Positions 57,482-64,000 of a DNA stretch of 64,000 bases are shown in pieces; the stretch's first letter is position 1, and each line of letters starts with the position of its first letter. Location: positions 7,068,001 to 7,132,000 of the forward strand of contig OX597832.1 of assembly GCA_951406725.2 (NCBI GenBank), read 5' to 3'. Below the pieces are notes generated by a model. That model made no database searches. It was given only the letters and a program-made list of their open reading frames with translations, and had not been told where the DNA came from. The position numbers and the translations under genes were made by a program. The DNA is from Octopus vulgaris (lineage: Eukaryota).

Positions 57482-58336
57482 CTACGGTTCAAACTTCAGT
57501 TGTTTAGTCAATGTCGACGTAATTTGAGGCATTTGTTTATATTCATTGTATGCTGAATTGTCCGGAATCCGGAAGCCTAAAGAGGCAACGTACTTAGAGA
57601 CAGCGGTTAAAAGTGTCATGATTTCATGTTCAGTGCCATAATACGTCAACATTTTACTTAGAGTTTGCATAAACCACGAGCCTCCTTCTTCATTTTCGAA
57701 AGAAGGATATTTATCACACGATGAATAAGCAACCAGCATATCTGCCATAATTGGAATTTTGGATGACGTTTTTTCAAATCCATAGGAAGCAACATCATTT
57801 TGTTCGACCCCACAATCCATTTTACTTCCTCGGCATGCTTGAATAAAGAATAATTTAGGTATTCCTTTTAAACATGGACAACGATCGGGTCTCAGATAAG
57901 AAAGTAATTTCTCTAGTTCAGTTTTATCGTCGTATCCATAGATTAGACCTTCTGAGTCACTACAACTTAGTATTGCACAAATAAAACAATCAGAATCAAT
58001 ATCAGTATTATCTTTGCCAAACCTTTGCAAAACCCCGATCATCTCTTCGGTACTTAAATCTGTATTAATATGGATATCTTCTTCCTGTAATCCAAGACTT
58101 ATTAATGCCATTTTAAAATCTTGTGTGTCTTTTGATGATCCACCACAAGTTGTAAGTTCCGAGTGTCTGAAAGTTTCATTGTTGAAGATGTAGGCGACAC
58201 CTCGCTTTTTATGTGTCATATCATATTTATCGAAGCATTTCAATAGTTCTGCTTTGGTTTGTCGGTCGTCGAAATGGTCGCCTGTACTGTCACTCCGTTT
58301 TCTCCTTTTTTCGGGTACGGCATCCATGTCAGTCAT
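57482..58336 (-). CDS. Caspase-3/7-like paralog, copy C, predicted pseudocaspase (catalytic His lost), 284 aa from first ATG
   Basis: Intact ORF. First ATG at 58336 (MTDMDAV) aligns with copy B MTTMDAR; the track start at 58387 is a TTG. QACRG is kept, SHG reads SCS, TRYG reads TCGG, SYR reads SFE. Confidence 0.92.
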   Translation of the reverse strand: MTDMDAVPEKRRKRSDSTGDHFDDRQTKAELLKCFDKYDMTHKKRGVAYIFNNETFRHSELTTCGGSSKDTQDFKMALISLGLQEEDIHINTDLSTEEMIGVLQRFGKDNTDIDSDCFICAILSCSDSEGLIYGYDDKTELEKLLSYLRPDRCPCLKGIPKLFFIQACRGSKMDCGVEQNDVASYGFEKTSSKIPIMADMLVAYSSCDKYPSFENEEGGSWFMQTLSKMLTYYGTEHEIMTLLTAVSKYVASLGFRIPDNSAYNEYKQMPQITSTLTKQLKFEP

Positions 58337-59388
58337 TGCAGCAATGAAATGTCTTGAATTTAGTTCCGGGTTTGATAACTGAAGCAATAGTTTCTGTCAC
58401 CTCGCAACGACTGCCCTCAAATCTCACCTTCAAAACCAGAAAAACCACTTGAGAGCTTACGTGAAATAATTTTCATGAAAATGTTTGTTTCCTATTACGG
58501 AGCCTTTGAAAATATTCTCAATTACGTAAGACCTCAAAATGACACACGTACAACCCATTAGCTTTCTTATCCTCCTCCCATTTCATGACAGTTGGCCACA
58601 TGTTTTTAAGCTGTTCACGGAAACAGCCGAACTGATGTTTTGAATTCGTCGAGTCATATCGAAGGAATGTCCAAAATGAAAGTAGTATTTAAATTGAGAA
58701 ATTAATTTTTTGTAACTAAACACTTTCAAACTTCGGACACTGGAAGATTGTGTTATATAAAACATCTTTTACTCTTAGCGTTATTGAGAAAAATTTCTAT
58801 TTACGAAGTTATTTCGTGTTAAAGTTGTCGTATTTCGGTAATTTCAACCAATCAATGACGTGTATTCAGCTGAATAAAATTACTGTTGTTTGTCAACAAC
58901 AACTATAGGCGGTGTATATTTCGTTTGTCTCTGTTATTTATGTCATATTTCATCTCAGTTACGTTCGTAATTATAATTATAATTACATACCGAATTTAGA
59001 AATAGGAGTTAAAAATTCCTTTTCGACTACTGTAAGAATTTTCACGACCGTAACACACTTATTTACGTAGGCAAAGAGAAAAACAATGAATCAACACGAC
59101 TCTGATTAGCCACAGACGCGTTTCGAGATTTAAGCGTTTTTAATTACTTACTATATATATATATATGTATGTATATTGCCACTCAGCCGACAGAAATGAG
59201 TAGTACCTGTATTTCAAAAAGCCGGCCTTGTCACACTCTGTGTCATGCTGAATCTCCCTGAGAACTACATTAGAGATATGCGTGTCTGTGGATTGCTCAG
59301 TCACTTGCACTTTAATTTCACGAGCAGGCTGTTCCGTTGATTGTATCAGCTGGGACCCTCGTCTTCGTAACCGACGGAGTGCTCCTAC

Positions 59389-60381
<993 letters not shown>

Positions 60382-61074
60382 TAGCAAAGATACCCGGTGT
60401 TGCTCAAGATTAAAATGGTATGTTTTTTTATTGCTTTACTTGTTTTGGTCATGCTGGAGCACCACCTTTAGTCAAATTTATTCCTTGTACCCCCTTGCTA
60501 GGAAGACGAGCTTATGAGAGGAGACCGTATAAGCCTGTTTTGTCTTCAGGAAGGTAGTGGGCAGAAAGATAGCAGCGAGCTGGCAGAAACGTTAGCATGA
60601 CGGGCGAAATGCTAAGCGGTATTTCGTCTGCCGCTACGTTCTGAGTTCAAATACCGCTGAGGTCGACTTCGCCTTTCATCCTTTCGGGGTCGATTAAATA
60701 AGTACCAGTTACACACTGAGGTCGATACAATCGACTTAATCCGTTTGTCTGTCTTTGTTTGTCCCTTCTGTGTAGCCCCTTGTGAGCAGTAAAGAAATAA
60801 GAAAGATAGATTTCTTTCGTCACCTGTCAGCAACGAGAGAGTCGAGGAGGAGGAGTGAGAGAGAGGGAACGGTGAAGAGGAGAGGAGAATTTTAGGGAAG
60901 GGTGGAAGAGAAAATCAGAAAGGATGAACAAGAGAGGGAGAGAGATAGACAGAGAAGAGATAGAAGAGTGTGCATCGTAATTATTAAGATAAAACTTGGA
61001 AAAAGATGCGTGGCATTTGATCATATAATATATATATATACATATTTTATTTTATTCTTTTTTTTTTTATTTAA

Positions 61075-61803
61075 TCTAGTTTCAGCTCACAAGCTGTGGC
61101 TATGCTGGGGCACCGCCATTTGGTGTTGCTCCATGATTTTACTTCACAAATGCCTTTTAGCAATTGCCATTTGGTGCATGAGAGAGTTCGATGCAGCTGC
61201 CCACATCTGCACCTCCTCCCGTGAAGTTAGTTCATCTGGGACACTTGACAGGAAGAGATCCAGTTTTATTTTAAAGACATCTGCATCCTCCCCATACAGG
61301 TCTCTCAGGTCCTTCGGGAGGATATTGAAGAGCTGTGGACCTCTGAACCCAGGCTGTCACAGTATCTTGTCCTACATCTTGATGGCAAATTTGGAGTTCT
61401 TGGCATTATGCAGTGGTGCCCAGTTCTAGTGTTTGTGTAACTCTTGATGCCAAAGTTTGGGACAAGTCCTTCTAGGATCCTCCAGATGTATATTATGGCA
61501 TATCTTTCTCGCCTACGCTCTAAGGAATAGAATCTTAATCTCTTGAGTCTTTCCCAGTAGCTTATATGCTGCATAGAGGCTATCTTCTTCGTGTAGCTTC
61601 ATTAGATCGCCTCAAGTTATGTGATTAACTTGACACTGGATGGTGACCATAGCTGAGAGCAATAGTCAAAGTGGTTTAGGACAAGTGTCCTCCAGAGGAC
61701 CATCATTGTTCTAAAGGTTCTAAGAATCCATCTGGTCAGCTGCCTACATTTCATTGCCAATTTTTTAACATGCGCATGAAAGGTTGCATCATTACTCATG
61801 TAA
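61075..61803 (-). mobile_element. CR1/L2-type LINE 3' fragment
   Basis: WILRTFRT, FDYCSQLWSP and ISYWERLKRLRFYSLERRRERY motifs. Confidence 0.88.
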
Positions 61804-61879
61804 ATACACAGGTCTATACATATATATATATTTACTACATAATTTCCAGTTCATTAGACATTTACATAATTTATATACA

Positions 61880-61915
<36 letters not shown>

Positions 61916-61933
61916 TGTGTATATATATATATA

Positions 61934-62236
61934 TCACGTGATCACATGACCGACCAGTCCATCAGATGTAGTTACACATTGCTGGTCACAATGTGTTCGC
62001 ATTATTTTAGCCTTCAAATGACGCCACCCCGCTGGCTAAGCGAGCAGGCCAACAGAAGATAGAGTGGGAGAAAGAGTGGTGAAAGAGTACAGCAGGTATC
62101 ACCACCTCCTGCCGGAGCTTCGTAGAGCTTTTAGGTGTTTTCACTCAATAAACACTCACAATGCCCGGTCTGGGAATCAAAACCGTGATCCTACGACCGC
62201 GAGTCTGCCGCCCTAACCACTGAGCCATTGCGCCTC

Positions 62237-62240
<4 letters not shown>
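61934..62240 (-). mobile_element. tRNA-derived SINE family 3 with RTE-derived tail
   Basis: Head GGCGCAATGGCTCAGTGGTTAGGGCGGCAGACTCGCGG..GGTTTTGATTCCC; 3' end similar to 60283-60330. Confidence 0.85.
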
Positions 62241-62307
<67 letters not shown>

Positions 62308-62315
62308 ATACATAC

Positions 62316-62373
<58 letters not shown>

Positions 62374-62381
62374 ATACATAC

Positions 62382-62455
<74 letters not shown>

Positions 62456-62701
62456 AGACAATAGAAAATGGGACAACAAAACATCCAGGTAGATGATACA
62501 AAGAAAACAAGGATGGGTCATTCAGAGTTTTCTTTCCTCAGTTGAGTACCAGATTATTTTTGCAATTTTGGCTGATTATACTCGAGATTGCTCCAATCTG
62601 ACCAGCCCCAAGTAAAACCTAAGCTAAGAGCATTAGATTCCTTGGAAGAAAGCAGCAAATGTATATGAAAACAAGGAAGGTAAAAAGCAGAGAAATATAT
62701 A

Positions 62702-63994
62702 CGAGGGATGCTCAATAAGTAATACCCCTGACCCACTTGCAGTTGTTTGATCTAGCTGAAATTTTGCATGTGCAATTATTCATATCTCTACAGATTAAGT
62801 AGTAAATTACAGCTCCGTACTAATTGTGGTTTCTGATTTACAGGTGTTTGAACTTAGTCAAGTGTGAAATGGAGCCTGTTGAGTGTCGAGCAGTGATCCA
62901 GTTTTTGTATTTGAAAGGACGCACACCACGGGAGACTTTTGATGAAATGAAAGTAACTTATGGAGATGATGCCCCATCATATGACCTTGTAAATGCTGGC
63001 ATCATGAATTTAAACATGGTCGGAACTCTTTGGAAACAGCTCCCAAATCTGGTCGCCCCCCCTTCTGCCATTGATGAGGCATTTGTCCGTCAAGTTGAGG
63101 CTGCCATTTTGGAAGATCGACGCATAACTATTCGCCAAATAGCCCATGAAGTCAAGATTAGTACCGGGTCTGAGGAAACTATCATTCATGACCATTTGCG
63201 TATGCAAAAGGTGTCTGTCAGATGGATTCCCAGGTTGCTCACACCTTTCTAGAAGCAAGAACGCGTCGAGTGCTCGAGGATGAATTTGGAGATGTGCCAA
63301 GAAGATGAGTCAAAATTTTTCAAAAGACTAATTACACAGGATGAAACCTGGGTCCATTACTATGATCCAGAGACCAAAGCCCAGTCAATGCAGTGGAAGC
63401 ACCGTCACTCACCTCCTCCAAAGAAGGCAAGGGTGCAGCCCTCCGCTGGCAAGGTCATGCTCACAGTCTTCTGGGACCAGGACGGTGTAGTAATGACAGA
63501 TTTCCTGGCAAAGGGTACCACAATTACAGGAGCCTATTATGCTTCACTTTTGAGGAAATTAAGAGAAGCTATCAAAATCAAGAGGCGGGGCAAGATCAGC
63601 AAAGGCATCCTCCTCTTTCAGGACAACACTCCGGTCCACAACTCGTGTGTTGCCAGATCAGAAGCACAGGCATGCGGCTATGAACTCCTCCCCCATCCCC
63701 CCTACTCTCCTGACCTTGCACCCTCTCATTTTCACCTCTTCCCAGCCATGAAGTTGTTTTTGAAAGGAAAGCGTTTCCCAGATGATGCAGCCTTGATTTC
63801 TGAAGTCACATCGTGGTTGAAGGACCAAGCTGGGGTCTTCTACAAAAACGGTCTCCAGAGCTGCATCAAACAATGGGAGAAATGCGTAACTCTGGGTGGT
63901 TCCTATGTAGAACAGGACTAATAACTGTGCCAAGTTTCGTTGCTTTACTGTTATGGGAAGTAGGTCAGGGGCATTACTTATTGAACGCCCCTCG
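62702..63994 (+). mobile_element. Full-length mariner element with inactivated transposase (62869-63921)
   Basis: ~30-bp TIRs CGAGGG..G.TCAATAAGTAAT.CCCCTGACC flanked by TA; WIPRLL, ITQDETW, QDNTPVH and HPPYSPDLAPS motifs; in-frame TAG at 63250; third catalytic Asp reads His. Confidence 0.95.
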
Positions 63995-64000
63995 TATATA

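Noticed and set aside
58337-58387. 17-aa N-terminal extension of copy C in the ORF track
   Set aside because: Starts at TTG; alignment with copy B supports the ATG at 58336.
62165-62235. tRNA-like sequence
   Set aside because: It is the head of a SINE, continuous with a body and an RTE-like tail; not a tRNA gene.
63280-63921. 213-aa mariner ORF as an active or domesticated gene
   Set aside because: Separated from the N-terminal half by an in-frame stop, third catalytic Asp mutated, and still within TIRs.

Overview
AT-rich, microsatellite- and transposon-dense animal genomic DNA. The tRNA-derived SINE families and the (TA)n/(CA)n/(ATT)n load resemble an octopus (coleoid cephalopod) genome; this is inferred by recognition, not by a database search. 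The only host genes are three co-oriented, minus-strand effector-type (caspase-3/7-like) caspase paralogs, each with an uninterrupted ORF. Copy A (20578-21405) has a full catalytic set (SHG, QACRG, both S1 arginines). Copy B (42908-43747) has QACRG changed to EASRG, losing the catalytic Cys. Copy C (57482-58336) keeps QACRG but has lost the catalytic His (SHG to SCS) and both S1 arginines. The locus is built from old tandem duplications that also copied a ~34-bp tandem module pairing an invariant NF-kB-type site (GGGGAATTCC, 10 copies in 3 arrays) with an IRF-element-like motif (AAAACTGAAAGC). The best candidate new system is an immune-inducible cluster of one active caspase and two complementary pseudocaspases. 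The remainder is transposable-element debris: a full-length dead mariner, a second mariner split by a solo LTR, a Tigger relic, RTE/CR1-L2/RLE LINE fragments, several SINE families, piggyBac- and Merlin-like MITEs, Helentron/Helitron pieces, and Penelope-like fold-back repeats carrying hammerhead ribozyme motifs. Most ORFs in the supplied track are microsatellite artefacts.
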